64,000 nucleotides of DNA from Acanthaster planci (lineage: Eukaryota): positions 1,240,789 to 1,304,788 of the forward strand of contig NW_019091356.1 of NCBI RefSeq assembly GCF_001949145.1, given 5' to 3'. Below the pieces are notes generated by a model. The model made no database searches. It was not told the origin of the DNA and worked only from the letters and a program-made list of their open reading frames with translations. Each line of letters starts with the position of its first letter. Position 1 is the stretch's first letter. The position numbers and the translations under genes were made by a program. Below are positions 49,901 through 61,764 of this stretch, one piece after another.

Positions 49901-52900
49901 CATAGTATCCGATGTTCTGAGGAAGCAAGTGGATTTTCTTCTCCTCTTTCAGGAGGGGCATAGTCCCCAGAAGTTCCTGGAGCCCAACAACAATGACCTA
50001 GTAACCAGCAGCCTGGACCCTGCCGACCGAAACCGGAGACAGGACGCCTCCCCGAATGTGGTCTCGTCCACCTGTCATGTGGACGCCAAGAAGATGTCGC
50101 CTGATGGGCACCGGGTAGGGGCGGAGAGGCATGGTAAGGGGGTGGGGATTGGCAGTGAGGACGGAACCAAGGGGCTGATTGAAGAGGATGTGCCCGTGGT
50201 GACGGACTGTGAGTGGAACGACTGTCAAGCGAGATACGATACATTGGATCAACTGGTGCAGGTATGTGTGGGTTGACGGCACTGTAAGGTTCCTTTAATC
50301 GCATGTATCAAGATTTGGAATTGCTTCAATAAAATAAGATTTGAAGTCGGAGATCGAAGAAAGTACAGCCCCGTCACTTGCTCTGGGCACTAGGGGTGAT
50401 AATTTTGATGTGGGGGGGGGGCAACCGTGCCCCTCCCCCCACCTGAGACGGGCCTGAGAAAGTAGCAAAGCGAGATGTAACCATTGTTTTGAAAACCAAA
50501 ATAACGAATTTCCAGAAATACTGTCTGCTGCTTCAAGTTTTTACTTGCAGTTCAGTTCTTCACAGTTTTGCCCTAATGCCAGTATTTCTGCTTATTCTTA
50601 AAGAAATTTTCAAAATTGTAATCCTGTACTGCTTACGTCACTCTTGCATCCTTGAAATTATTTGATAAGTCTGTCAAGTTTCTGCTGGACCTGTTGATCA
50701 GTTTTGTCCTGGTTACTTTGACAAGACGCAACTCTCGCAGATTTTGACTGATGGGGCTGTTCTCATTTTCTCTTCTGTCCACAGCACATCCTGAACGACC
50801 ACATCCACAACGAGAGGAAGGAGTTTGTCTGCCGGTGGCGGGGTTGCATCCGGGAGGAGAAGCCCTTCAAGGCCCAGTACATGCTGGTGGTGCACATGAG
50901 ACGACACACCGGCGAGAAGCCACATCAGTGCACGGTGAGCTCACACCTTGGTAGATCAGGTTCCTGTCAAATGCTAGACAGTTTCTCAGTAATCTGCTTC
51001 TGTCTGTCACATGTGCCGGCACAAAAACTCAAGTGCAGAAGCTGTATCGACAAACACACTTGATTCTGAAGATACCTTCATCCCACAGAGCTACTCTGAG
51101 CACCCTTGTGATACCTGCCAGCACAAAAGCTTTTTAAAACAGATTTTTGCTTTTATTAGAAAATTAAATTTATGATCGCGGTTTAGTGGAAAAACTTTGA
51201 ACAGTAAGCCTGCATCCTCCAAAAAATGTTGGCATGTTAGTACAGTCAGAGAGCAAATGCTGCTTGCTGCTATGGGCGAAGCTTCTGAGATTCGTCTTCT
51301 GTGATTCATCGAGCAATGAATGAGTCTTTAAGAGTTCTGTTTCCTGATAGTTTGAGGGTTGCAAGAAGGCCTACTCTCGGCTGGAGAACCTCAAGACTCA
51401 CTTGCGCTCCCACACCGGAGAGAGGCCCTACGTCTGTGAGTTCCAAGGATGCACCAAGGCCTTCTCCAACGCTTCGGACAGAGCTAAGCACCAAAACCGA
51501 ACACATTCCAATGCTGTAAGTATTTGCCCGGGCCGTGGTTGTCTTTACCTCACCAAGATCAGTGTGGAATTCAGTACAGAACAAGATGTAGTGACATTGG
51601 AAGGATTACGTTCAGATTTCTGACTGTTGAAAGATTGTTTGGTTATGATAGTCGGTGTATCAGTCACAGTTAGTTTTGGTGGAGGAGAAATGATTGAAAA
51701 CACTGATCAGCTCATTTAGAGCTTCTTCCACATTGCCGCATGTTTCAAACGTTTTATATGAAAGAGCGTATTCCATTTCAGGGAGAGTCTTCGGAAACAA
51801 CTGATTCAATCCGCCTTGAGCAGAAGCACCCCTCATTAGTTGAAAGAGCCATATTGGTCAGGAATGTTTATTTTGTTGGTAACGATATAACCGAAACAGG
51901 TGCATTTCGTAGTTGCTTGTAAACCAGCAAAGTTCAGTTCCAACCGAGGAGCCTCTGCTGCCAAGAAAATTGCGCCCTCTCTTGGTCCAAATTGAAGCTC
52001 ATACCCTCTTTCTCTTTTTATGTCCGACTCCGTTTGCAGAAACCATACGTCTGTAAGATCCCAGGTTGCACCAAGCGCTACACGGATCCCAGCTCGCTGC
52101 GCAAGCACGTCAAGACGGTGCACGGCCCTGACGCCCACGTTACCAAGAAGCAGCGTGGTGGGGACAGGCATGACCGCACTCCGGGTGGGGCCGGGGAGGG
52201 GCAGACCAGGGACCAGCAGCCAGGCTCGGTCAAGTCGGAGAGTGCCGAGAGTGTGGACGGGAGCGTGGTCAGTGTAGGCCGGCGCAGCGACCGGCCGCCC
52301 AGCGTACCTCCATCTGACTTGCACATTGATGTGGTGCACGTGAGTACCCTTCAGTTATACCCAAGCTATGACTTGATTCTCCAAACCGTCGATAGCTGTC
52401 CAAAGGCTCATTCTTATAGGCATGGAAATCTTTCCGGTTTAATAGGAATTCTGTTTTTTGTGGTCTTGAGTTCAGTTTTAAAATGAAATAAAATTTAGGG
52501 GGGTAAGTTGCAAGGGGGGTAAATGTTGGTTGACTACTCAAAATTTCCCTAATAACAGTATAAGCAATACCCTTAGAAATGTACAATGTATGTAGGAAAT
52601 AAGGAACGAATTTCGCGGATTCCCACAAACCTAAATTCTCTTTACGTAGCCAAAGGAGGGAACCGGTGACAAGTGCAGTTGCTCGCGCTTCCTCATAAAG
52701 CCACTTCGTGATTGCGTGAATGCCCGGTGTCACATGAAAATCCGACTCTCGTAAAAATCAGTCTCTTACCTGTTATTGGTTAATTCCTCTGACATGACCG
52801 GTCATTCTCCTAATTATTATACGTACGCATGCACATTACTCCCAATGGGTCCTTGTTTCTTAGACGTAAATTCATGGCAGCGCTGCTGCATGGCCATGTC

Positions 52901-55900
52901 TGAACTGGCTCACGGAAATTGGTACAAGAACGGGTGTATGTATACACGTTCACATGCAGTCGGGAAAAAATCGAAATCGTGGTGGAAGGAAAGAAGTCCA
53001 TTGAGCACTGAGCTGCCGATCCGAAAGAGATTGACAAATCAGTAAAACACAAGTGGAATTGGTCATGGTGTGACAAATTGTTTCTGGCTAAAACGGAAGA
53101 TGAGCACGTGGTGGGTGATTGCTTTCACAAGCTTTACAATCCTAGAGAAGCATGGTGTGAGTGGTATTGTATTTGTATCAAGTACGGTAGGCCTACTTTC
53201 CAGAGCTAAAGCATTGATACAGCATGCAGCTATGTACGGTAAACACCGCAAACACTTCCGTGAAAGGAGAACAAACTACACCTTGCAAAAGAAGGAAGAT
53301 GACGTCAAATCAACATCCTCATATTTAAACGGCCATTTCAGGTTTTACGAAATCCAATTAATAAAAAAAAATTAAGAGTAATTTAAAAGATAATGAGAAA
53401 CATCCTTACTGTCAAATATTCAATAAATTGGAGGCAAAGGGGCCATGAATTTCCTCAGATTGCACCACAGAGCATCTACAATCCAACATTTTTCAAGGGT
53501 CCTTAAGCCGGCCTCGGACCCCACACCATAAGGGCTTCGCGCTCGCAGTAGTTTCCCCGTGATAAATTTCATCACAAATTATTTTCAGGTTTTTTTCCTT
53601 CATGCCCGTTCACATGCCTGTTCTCATATCAAGGTATTCTCTTGATTGCTTTGATGAGTTTGAGCTGAAATGTTTTGAGCTGATGAATCAGTGGTTCTCA
53701 AGCGAAAATTGAAATCCAATCCCTCCACTTCAACGCAAAAGGAGGAGCTGGGTTTTGGCCAATGTTTGTCCCAAATTTCTCTAAAATGCAAGCTTGTGGA
53801 CATATTCCCCACCCAGATTGCTTATTTTTGCAAAGTTTGAGGTCAGATTCTTACGGCTGTAGTATGAAACAGATATAAGGGTAATTTTCTTAAAATTGAA
53901 CATTTTGACCATGTGGTAGGTTTTCAGGAGTAGATTTGTGTGGTCTTGACTTGAATTAATGCACCCCCCCTCACCACAAACAGGACAGCCCCATCACCGA
54001 GTGCCTGACGCTGCAGCACGAGTTCAGTTGCTCGCCGCACAACGACAGCGGCGTCGAGATGACAGTCCCCGGTGGCAGCCTGACTGACCTGACCACCATC
54101 GAAGATGACAAGATCCAGGACGACCACATCAGCTCCAACATGGGTCCCTCAAGCCAAGGGGGCCGGGGCAACGGGGGAGGTGGACGCACCAGGGGGTCAG
54201 CCCTGACCACCCTGTCCTCCCAGACCGTCCGGCCCATCAGTCCTTTGGTCTGTAAGCCATCCCGGCAGAGATTGAAAGTCAACACACCTGCTGTGAATCG
54301 ACTGGCTCAGAAGGTCAAGACGGCGCAAGGGTTACCGCAGCTACCACAAATCAATACGAGGAGTGAGTAATGCTAAATATTCCAAAGAACCCTTCCCTTG
54401 TCAGCAGCCAAACACATGAAGAAACTAGGATTCTGTGTAAAGAGGTTATCCATTAACACATACTCAGAGGGCAAGAGTTTCTGCATCGCTAGGACAAGCT
54501 CTAGGAAACATTTTGTGCGTTCATTGCAGCTCAACTAAACTAACAAAAACTGAGACTAAATTAATTTTGGGTTTTGCCCTGCCCGACGTGTATTTTAACA
54601 CATTTTGACATTTCCAAAATTAATTTACATCTCCCCGGCACAAATCCATCTTTGAAATAGCCACTGAGACACCATTGACATAGCAGCAATGCAAAACCTC
54701 TAATCTATATTCACAAATGCCCTCCTGGAGAGAAATTGATTTTAATATTCATATTTAAAATCGAGAAAAAGAACACTTTCTTGTCAATGAAACTGTACAC
54801 AGGGACTGCCATTGCAGTTCATGTGTAGGCGCAGAAGCTTTCATTGCTTATTACCAACTACTGATTATTTTCTCTTTTGATTGGCAGCAGGTCCTACATC
54901 CGTTCAGTTTGACTGACTTGTGTGTTGAGACTTCATGACATTTTCAGCCTCTGAAAAAACACATTATCTGTGTAGTTGCACTATGTTCCTAATTGATGTC
55001 CACCATGTCTTCCTCTAGGAGGAGCAATCGTGAACACTTCCAGCGAGTTCAAGCCCAAGGACCGCAATATCATCAAGCTGCAGGCTGAGGAGATGGGACG
55101 TTGCGACAGTAGCCAGTCATTTATTGGCTCCCTGGATAACCTGGGCGCGCGACGGGGTAGCAACGGCAGCACCGTCAGCTCCTACTACAGCAGCCGGCGG
55201 TCTTCAGAGGCATCCCCGTTCCCCCTCAGCCAATTCTCAAGTCGGCGCTCCAGCGGGGCCAGCACCTACCTGTCTTCGCGGCGGGCGTCTGGCGCCAGCT
55301 CGCAGTTCTCCAGCAGGTTCGGCGCCACCAGCTCCAACTTCGACCCAATCTCGCCAGGGTCATCGCGCCGATCCAGCGGGGCCATGAGCGGCATGAACGG
55401 CCCCACGGGCCTCCCCGGGTTAACCCTTGAGGAACAACGTCGGCTGCAGGCCAAGTACGACCAGGTGACCGGACAGCAGAACTCTTGGGGCGAAGACAAA
55501 TTCGCTCCTTCCCCGCTGCCTGGGTATAACGGCAATCGGCACGGCAGCTTCCCTAGTCGTACACCGCTCCCCCATGAGGTCCCTGGTGTTGGGATCCGGA
55601 GGGCTAGCGATCCGGTCCACCAGAGACAGCAAGAGCCCGTTTTGCATCGCTACAACAGCCTGACCAACATCAACCCCCACAATCCGCTGCCCATACCCCA
55701 AAATATGTCCAGCTTGAAGCAGCGATCCCGGCCCATGGAGATGCCGCCAGTGATCAGTAACCAGTGGCAGGACATGGCCCGGGAGAGCGCCATGGGTCAG
55801 CACAGTGGAACGATGGACATGATTAATGAAGACCCCACTGGGGACATGATGTCCATGCAGAATGCAGTGTACCAGCCGATGATACCGTCCAATCAGAACC

Positions 55901-56409
55901 GGGGATACAACAACGGATACGCCGAGCCCAAAATGATGACCGGCGGGTATGTGGACAGTAACGACATGATGCATTCGATCTTGGGGAACGTCAACGAACA
56001 GTACCAGCCTAACCAAATGCAGTTGAATGAAGCTCACTACATTCAGCTTCAACAACAGCAACAGCAGCGCGCGTACCAAAACTCAATGCCAACATCCATG
56101 GAGATGTCGCCGGGCTGCAACCAGGTTAGCAGCACGGTGGACCACCCCTACGACCAGCCCAGCATTCCTCAGATGGACTGCGACGACCCCGTGGCCAGCG
56201 GCCTGGCCGCACTGTCGGCCGACGGCCTGGACAACGTCCAGCCCCTGATCCCCAACCTGGTCAGCCCCACCGACCTGATGAACGGCATGGGCTGCGAGAG
56301 CCCCATGGTGCCCAACGTGAACCCTGTCTCCAACATGGTGGTGAACGACATGTCTTCCATGCTGACCTCACTAGCAGAAGAGAACAGGTTCCTGAACATG
56401 ATGAGCTAA
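31894..56409 (+). CDS. Gli: Gene model: Gli / Cubitus interruptus Hedgehog-pathway zinc-finger transcription factor, 13 coding exons, 4008 nt CDS, 1335 aa
   Basis: Exons 31894-31981, 42257-42547, 45723-45831, 46301-46488, 48165-48317, 48608-48884, 49514-49721, 49953-50261, 50785-50934, 51351-51515, 52040-52339, 53984-54362 and 55019-56409 join in phase. Diagnostic motifs: [85 protein letters not shown], RRxS cluster, [22 protein letters not shown]. Confidence 0.95.
35544..35632 (+). promoter_or_regulatory. Intronic motif cluster: DR1 (35544-35556), perfect Gli site GACCACCCA (35603-35611) and a variant Gli site on the opposite strand
   Basis: Motifs read directly from the sequence; function inferred only. 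Confidence 0.35.
38199..38838. mobile_element. About 640-bp non-autonomous TIR element (PIF/Harbinger-like MITE)
   Basis: Left agctgtgttcgcactgga vs reverse complement of right end agccgtgtttgcactgga (16/18); flanks ttg and tta; internal cactggac sub-repeats; no transposase ORF. Confidence 0.7.
41600..41952. repeat. Degenerate tandem repeat, about 133-bp period, about 3 copies
   Basis: Recurring caaa(c/t)ttgg...tttggcca(g/t)tggtcac...gtca blocks near 41606, 41737 and 41870. Confidence 0.6.
42257..42547 (+). CDS. Gli: Gli coding exon 2 (EEPASST motif, His-rich tract)
   Basis: Acceptor gcattttcag, donor G|gtaagg, phase 1 to 1; EEP.SS resembles the Gli2/3 N-terminus. Confidence 0.8.
43368..44697. 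mobile_element. About 1.33-kb non-autonomous DNA transposon with about 45-bp imperfect TIRs
   Basis: Left ttaagcacctgtcaattgtaatcccggccccaggtgaaccgggac vs reverse complement of right end ttaatacacctgtcgattgtcatccccgccccaggggacccgggac; TTAA at both ends; no coding capacity recognised. Confidence 0.8.
44359..44597. repeat. GC-rich minisatellite, 98-bp unit x about 2.4, itself a dimer of about 49-bp subunits
   Basis: aattgtacaaccc... recurs at 44359, 44457 and 44555; half-units ttgtacaaccccggccaagtccc and ttgtgcaacccgggccaagcccc. Confidence 0.92.
45723..45831 (+). CDS. Gli: Gli coding exon 3 ([19 protein letters not shown])
   Basis: Conserved Gli2/3 N-terminal FHPP.P.D.R.HEGRYH motif; phase 1 to 2. 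Confidence 0.92.
46301..46488 (+). CDS. Gli: Gli coding exon 4 ([15 protein letters not shown]...[15 protein letters not shown])
   Basis: GSP..SD.SLIRL.P and SP..S..S.ARG.SP motifs of Gli2/3; phase 2 to 1. Confidence 0.9.
48165..48317 (+). CDS. Gli: Gli coding exon 5
   Basis: Acceptor ttgttcag, donor AAG|gtaaag; open frame, phase 1 to 1. Confidence 0.8.
48608..48884 (+). CDS. Gli: Gli coding exon 6 ([17 protein letters not shown], Sufu-binding SYGHL); ends at a GC donor
   Basis: Highly conserved repressor-domain motifs; 3' end placed at AAAG|gcaagg because exon 7 needs phase 2. An alternative GT donor lies at 48805. Confidence 0.85.
49514..49721 (+). CDS. Gli: Gli coding exon 7
   Basis: Acceptor cccacccctacag-type pyrimidine tract, donor CAC|gtgagt; GC3-rich open frame, phase 2 to 0. 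Confidence 0.75.
49953..50261 (+). CDS. Gli: Gli coding exon 8 (VVSST motif and start of zinc finger 1, CEWNDC)
   Basis: Strong acceptor and donor; [20 protein letters not shown] matches Gli finger 1. Confidence 0.93.
50358..50464. mobile_element. 91-bp hAT-type MITE with 8-bp target-site duplication
   Basis: agaaagta [cagccccgtc...gacgggcctg, 50366-50456] agaaagta; TIRs 9/10 identical. Confidence 0.85.
50785..50934 (+). CDS. Gli: Gli coding exon 9 (end of finger 1, finger 2)
   Basis: [50 protein letters not shown]. Confidence 0.97.
51351..51515 (+). CDS. Gli: Gli coding exon 10 (fingers 3-4)
   Basis: [55 protein letters not shown]. Confidence 0.97.
52040..52339 (+). CDS. Gli: Gli coding exon 11 (finger 5 and basic NLS-like segment)
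   Basis: [40 protein letters not shown]. Confidence 0.97.
53984..54362 (+). CDS. Gli: Gli coding exon 12 (NDSGVEM degron motif)
   Basis: [10 protein letters not shown]...GGSLTDL conserved in Gli proteins; donor A|gtgagt, phase 0 to 1. Confidence 0.92.
55019..56409 (+). CDS. Gli: Gli terminal coding exon (PKA/GSK3/CK1 cluster, RRASDP, C-terminal activation motif)
   Basis: 459-aa ORF in the track; RRGS/RRSS/RRAS cluster, [35 protein letters not shown]. Confidence 0.96.
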
Positions 56410-56591
56410 AGAGGCCAGCACAGTACCGTCACAGCATTACTAACTACCACAATTAGGCCCCGTCTGCTTGCTCCACGTATTCGCACAGAGCTAAACACAG
56501 TGGATCGGAAAAAGAGCCACCCACAGTAATCCTCGTTGCTATTGTAAGGGCTTCCCTTCTGGAGAATTACAATTGGAAATACTGGACAGTT

Positions 56592-56726
56592 TAATAACAT
56601 CCTCCATTTGGATACTTTGTTTCTTAAGGAATTATGTTGAATACAAAGACATTTATCATAATAACATCCTCCATTTGGATACTTTGTTTCTTAAGGAATT
56701 ATGTTGAATACAAAGACATTTATCAT
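56592..56726 (+). repeat. Perfect 67-bp tandem duplication in the Gli 3' UTR
   Basis: taataacatcctccatttggatactttgtttcttaaggaattatgttgaatacaaagacatttatca at 56592 and 56659. Confidence 0.95.
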
Positions 56727-56846
56727 GCAGGAAGGAAAAGGTACTGAAAGCGGATTTCAACCCAAACTGGGGGTTAGATCTCAGTAGGTGCTCCACCAAA
56801 TTGCCGTGCTAAAAACTGAGCTATTTCCTGGTGCTGCATACATCTC

Positions 56847-56973
56847 TCAGAAGATGCGGTCAGAGACTGATCTTTCAGGGACATCCTGTCATCCTGACCC
56901 ATCAGTATTCAGAAGATGAGGTCAGAGACTGATCTTTCGGGGACATCGGGTCATCCTGTCCCATCAGTATTCA
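56847..56973 (+). repeat. Imperfect 62-bp tandem duplication in the Gli 3' UTR
   Basis: tcagaagatg(c/a)ggtcagagactgatctttc...cccatcagtat at 56847 and 56909. Confidence 0.92.
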
Positions 56974-59900
56974 TCCAGAGTCAAAGTGTGCTACTTGTGA
57001 ATTGTCTGTACAAGCTGGAGAAAGGTTTCTTTGCAGATGTCCTGTCATGCTTTATGAGCAAGTTTTGCTCCAGTGCCGATTGGCAAATGATAGTGCCGAA
57101 GACCAGTGGTCAAGGTCCTCCTCGCCTGTGATCTGAGCCCAGTTAGATGGACTATCCAGCAGAGCATATGCCCTCTGCTTAGGCATATCACGCAAACTAC
57201 CAGTCATAAGCTGTGTATGTTACATAACACTCCGGTTGGTAACATGCTGAGCATGTACTCTCTGTTCTCATCAAAATGTCGTCCTTTGAAATCCCACAAA
57301 TATAGATCCCTATTAACCCAAACTGTCTGGGTATTGAATTTTTAGATGAAAGGACCATATTATTGACTAGACCAGTCGACTGGAGCACTGGATACAGTAG
57401 GTTACACAAGCGATAGTTTTAGGCTGTACATGAAGGCAGCGTTAGCATACCAAGCATTTGCCTATTGTCAAGAAGAAAAATCATGCGTAATTTTTTTCTG
57501 GCGAGGCCTTGAAGGTAATAAAGTCATCTTTACTTAGCTTTTACTCATGAGATTTAAGAAATGTAACAAAAGGAGCTTTGCGATGGCAGAAACTGACGTC
57601 AGATTGACTTCGCTACCGATTTCATTGTGTATTTTTTGTACAGCCTTTTATAGTCTCTCAGGGAGTTGTTTGCAAATTGTAGCAGAGCTGAACAATTGTT
57701 ACTGGCTTTTTGCGGAGAGGCAATTTTACCTCGTAATTTGATACCAGACCTATGCAAGACAGTGTTTCAGTTGATGACACCTTGTCCAGTGTCATTCATG
57801 TGCTTCCAGTTGTAAAAAGAAATCGGTTTTAGAATTTAATCAAGAATTCACCATCCGACTTCAGTCAACAGCCCATAAAACATGCTTTACATGTAGGTCA
57901 TTGGTTCATCCTATTACGTTGTTTTATTTGGGGAATTTCTTGAAACCTTCAACAGCTTACATGCATTATTTTGGAAATAAAACATGAGCAACTTAAACGT
58001 GTTCAGAAAGTAGCTCATATATTTATGAAGAAAATGTGCATGCAAAAAAAAATCACTTTTTCATTTTTCTAAAAAATTTTTTAAAAAGTTTTTCTGGTTT
58101 TCCTCACTTTTAACTAAACTGTGGTGAAACCGTTTCCAGAATATTATCGAAAACAAATCACTACTGATGAACTAGATGTACTAACTTAATTTTATATGAA
58201 TGCAAACGCTACTTAGTAGCGATGAATACAATTTTAATATTTAATAATTGACGTATTCATTAGTACCATATCCTGCCCTCTCAAGTTCTAAATAAGTCAG
58301 ATGTTAATTGATCTATCATGAGTTGTGTCTTTCACATGAGAGGCTGATTTGGAAAGAAGTACTTAAGCACCTTTGGTTTAATTGTTACACCGAGCAAAGT
58401 TATGCATTCAAGTATTTCTGTAGGTGTGTGTTGCTTGCAGGATTCTTCTGAAGACGGCCTGAAATATTCGCTTACCGGCATTTTAAAATCAATTGCTTTG
58501 ATACATGGAAAGTGTTTCTGTGATTTTTTGTTTTTTGGGGCAATGTAGATGGATGTCTAAATTATCAAGCAAAGTAGCGGTGAAAGGGAATAAATAAAAA
58601 GCTACCACACTGACCTTCGGTATTGCCAATGATTTACTGCCGCACAAGGAAATGGGCTCAAAAGCAAGAAGGTATGAAACGTTACCTGAGGAGTATTTTA
58701 AATGTAACAAGATAAATAGGTGCTGGTGCCCGAATGCTGGATATTTCATGTGCTTCCCAATTGCCAGATGAAACTTGAATATTGACAGTGTGCTGAGGGT
58801 TTTTAAATCCTGTTTATGAACAGCTACTTCATAGATCCTCTTTTCACTTTTTTTTAAAGTCCATTTGTAATCGTGCTGTTTTAAGGTGCACCAAAAATAC
58901 TATGCAATGGGACAAAGTGAGGCTGAAGAGTTTATATAAATACTTTTTATAAGAAAACTTTATACAAAAGTAATAACTAACAAAACCTTTTATTAACAAC
59001 TTGTACATACGAAATTATGGTACTACTTCCATGCAAGAGTGTGCTTAACAATCAGTTGATAGATTTTCAGTCTTCAGAGAAAATCTTTGTATTCTGTTAA
59101 TACAATTGTAGAAAATGATTGTAGAATTTCTTATATTTTTTTTTTCTTTTCTTAACAAAGTGTACATATATACTTTTTGTATTTGGATTCAAAAAGATCT
59201 TTGCCTTCTGCCGTCTGTAATGCATCGAGAAGACGTGTTCATTTTGAAGACTTGAGATGATAACAGAAAATGTCAGAGGCGTGAATGAAGTTGTCATTTT
59301 TAAATCCATCACGTCTGCTGGAGGGATCTTTGCCAGAGGGATATTTTGGTATTTTTTGTTTTTTATTATTTAGTATAATTAATTATTATCAATCTCATAT
59401 GGACATTGCCAGAGCCCTTCTTTAAAATACAACTATTTTACGGGCAGGGAAAGAGCTTTTTTCTTGCACTCTGCTCGCAACCAGTTGTAATCATTGTTAT
59501 GTGATACTGTCAGATTGTAACATGCCCTGCTATTGGCTGGAGCTATTTTCAAGCCCTTGGCTAGCAGCATTTAAAGAGAAGGCACTGTAATATATGCCGA
59601 GGGTTGCAAGGCATATCCATCAGCAATAAACTTACAAAAGGCAAAGAAAAGTATGGTTTACGGCTCCTTAGGAAACCCTGAGAAACATTAGATGGGTTAT
59701 TAGTTTGAACAAAGTATTAAATTTTAAATATATTTAAGAGATTTCCTGCTGGGTTAAAAAGGGTAAAAAACATTTATTTTTATTCATTATGCTTTGTATT
59801 GAGTACAGTCAACCCTTTTTTTTGGACGAGAAACAAAAAGATAAAGTATTTCCTATCAGTGGCTGTTCAAAAAAAGTTCCATTTGAGTTCTTGGAGTTGC

Positions 59901-60253
59901 TGGGAGGTTTCAATTATCCGTCCAATTGTATCTTTGTCATTTTAGCATATTTAAGCCTTGGCTGTCATTTGCTGTTCAATTTGCATGAATTCCACGACCA
60001 AACATTTGCTACATGAAATGAGTTTTAATGTATATATACAAACATAAATGCTTCATTATGCATGGCCAAAGAATTTTGTACAAACGAAACTTTAACTGTT
60101 CTTTTCTTTGATTTGTTGTTTTAGAATCATGTAGATCTAATACATTTTGTAATCACATTTAGTAGTGTAGGTTTTTTCTTGCCATACAAATCTACATACC
60201 TGTACATGAGACTGTATGTAGGGGTTTTTTTAGTGAGAATTTAACAGCAATAT

Positions 60254-60259
60254 AATAAA
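60254..60259 (+). terminator. Candidate Gli polyadenylation signal (others near 57976, 58588 and 59624)
   Basis: AATAAA followed by T/GT-rich sequence at the end of a long AT-rich UTR-like stretch. Confidence 0.3.
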
Positions 60260-61606
60260 TGAATATTGCGTATTTTTGGTATCTGGAATTGATTGACCAT
60301 TTTCCATCAGTTAAGTTCAAGTTGTACTGTCTTATCACTGTGTTGGTAATAATTTTTACTAAAGGCACACCCCAGGGGTAAATGACCCGAATGCTGGTAT
60401 TTTGACCATTACCTGTTTAACCAGGGACTGATGATGGTTTTGCTTGGTTCTTATCAGATGGTAAGTACATGTATTACTTATGATGAATTGTGAAAAGTAA
60501 GATGCTGTGTTAAAATGTCAAGGGGGGGGGCACTGGACGAACCCATGGAAGGATTGTACTACGTGTAGTCTCTATTCAAGAAGCCAGTAAGCTGCAAATT
60601 GTTCAACAATTATTCAACTAGGATTTGATAAAGGGCTTGAAAACGTCTCCACTGACAAATTCAATTCATTTCTTAGATATGTTGGTAATGTGCAATGAGT
60701 GTTTCATTTCCGTTGTTACCTTGTTGTATTGCTTCTTGTTTATTTAACAGGAAGAAGCCATTCTGCAGTTTGCCGGTCATTTCATTACTTTTTACCAGAA
60801 GACCCCCCCCCAGCTTAATGGTAAGAACATATTGGCTTTCACGCACGTAATTGTGCAGCCATGAAGCAAAGGTGTGTGGATACAAGGGGTTGCTTGGCAA
60901 CAGTTTGATCAACAAATTATGTTTTCCCTCTGGAATCAGTACCGTCAACTGCCATAAGGTAATGGACGTGATGTGTGATCGTGTCGTGTACTTTCATTTG
61001 AGGGCAGTATCTCTTTTCCCCCAACAATTTTTTTTCAAGATGTGAATACAAGCTACCGAGTTTCAGCATCTGCAGTAAGTGTTACAAGACCAGTGGTGCT
61101 TAAACATATTCTTGAAGGATTTATTTCCTGAATGAAAAAAATTGCTACAACATTTGCTACATACCAGTTATCAATTCTGGTCATTAAGCAAAATGGTTTA
61201 TGTCAACAATTCTTTACACTGAGAAACTTCTCCCTTCAAAAGAGTAATTTTGATCCACTCAGTCTCTGCCATGCTTTAATATAAGTTTGAGGTCAAAATC
61301 CTGATTCTAACATCACTCAATGAAAAGAAAAGCAAACTTTTCACATGTATAAGTAGCAAAATCTATTCAGAATTTTCAGAACCATTCACTGACAATCTTT
61401 TACTTACAGTTATTAATGAAACAGTTTTTGTCAAGCAATGCCTTACCATTTTGACTCTGCATCTGCAATGGACCGATAGATATTTTTACCTGTAAATATT
61501 TTATATGTACACAAAAATACCTTAAAAAGGTTCACATCAGCCACAGCAAAACAAAATGAGCTTGAGTGGATTACTGTAAGAGGTCTGCGAATTTTGAAGG
61601 TATTTG

Positions 61607-61764
61607 CAGACCTGCCAAACTAGCCGTACTCCTTCCTGAGGTCAGGCATTGCCACAAAGTAGATTAATAAGGTATTTAAATGAACCTTCAGTTCAGTTAA
61701 ATTTTTAATCTATTGTGTGGTAATGCCTGACCTCAGGAAGGAGTATGGCACATTGGCAGGTCTG
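61607..61764. mobile_element. About 158-bp fold-back (hairpin) MITE
   Basis: cagacctgcc...tactccttcctgaggtcaggcatt...tagattaa pairs with ttaatcta...aatgcctgacctcaggaaggagta...ggcaggtctg; flanks tg and ta. Confidence 0.85.

Noticed and set aside
55266..56399. Antisense ORFs (up to 219 aa) overlapping the last Gli exon, and similar ones over ALP and zinc-finger exons
   Set aside because: Expected shadows of GC3-rich coding sequence; no recognisable domains.
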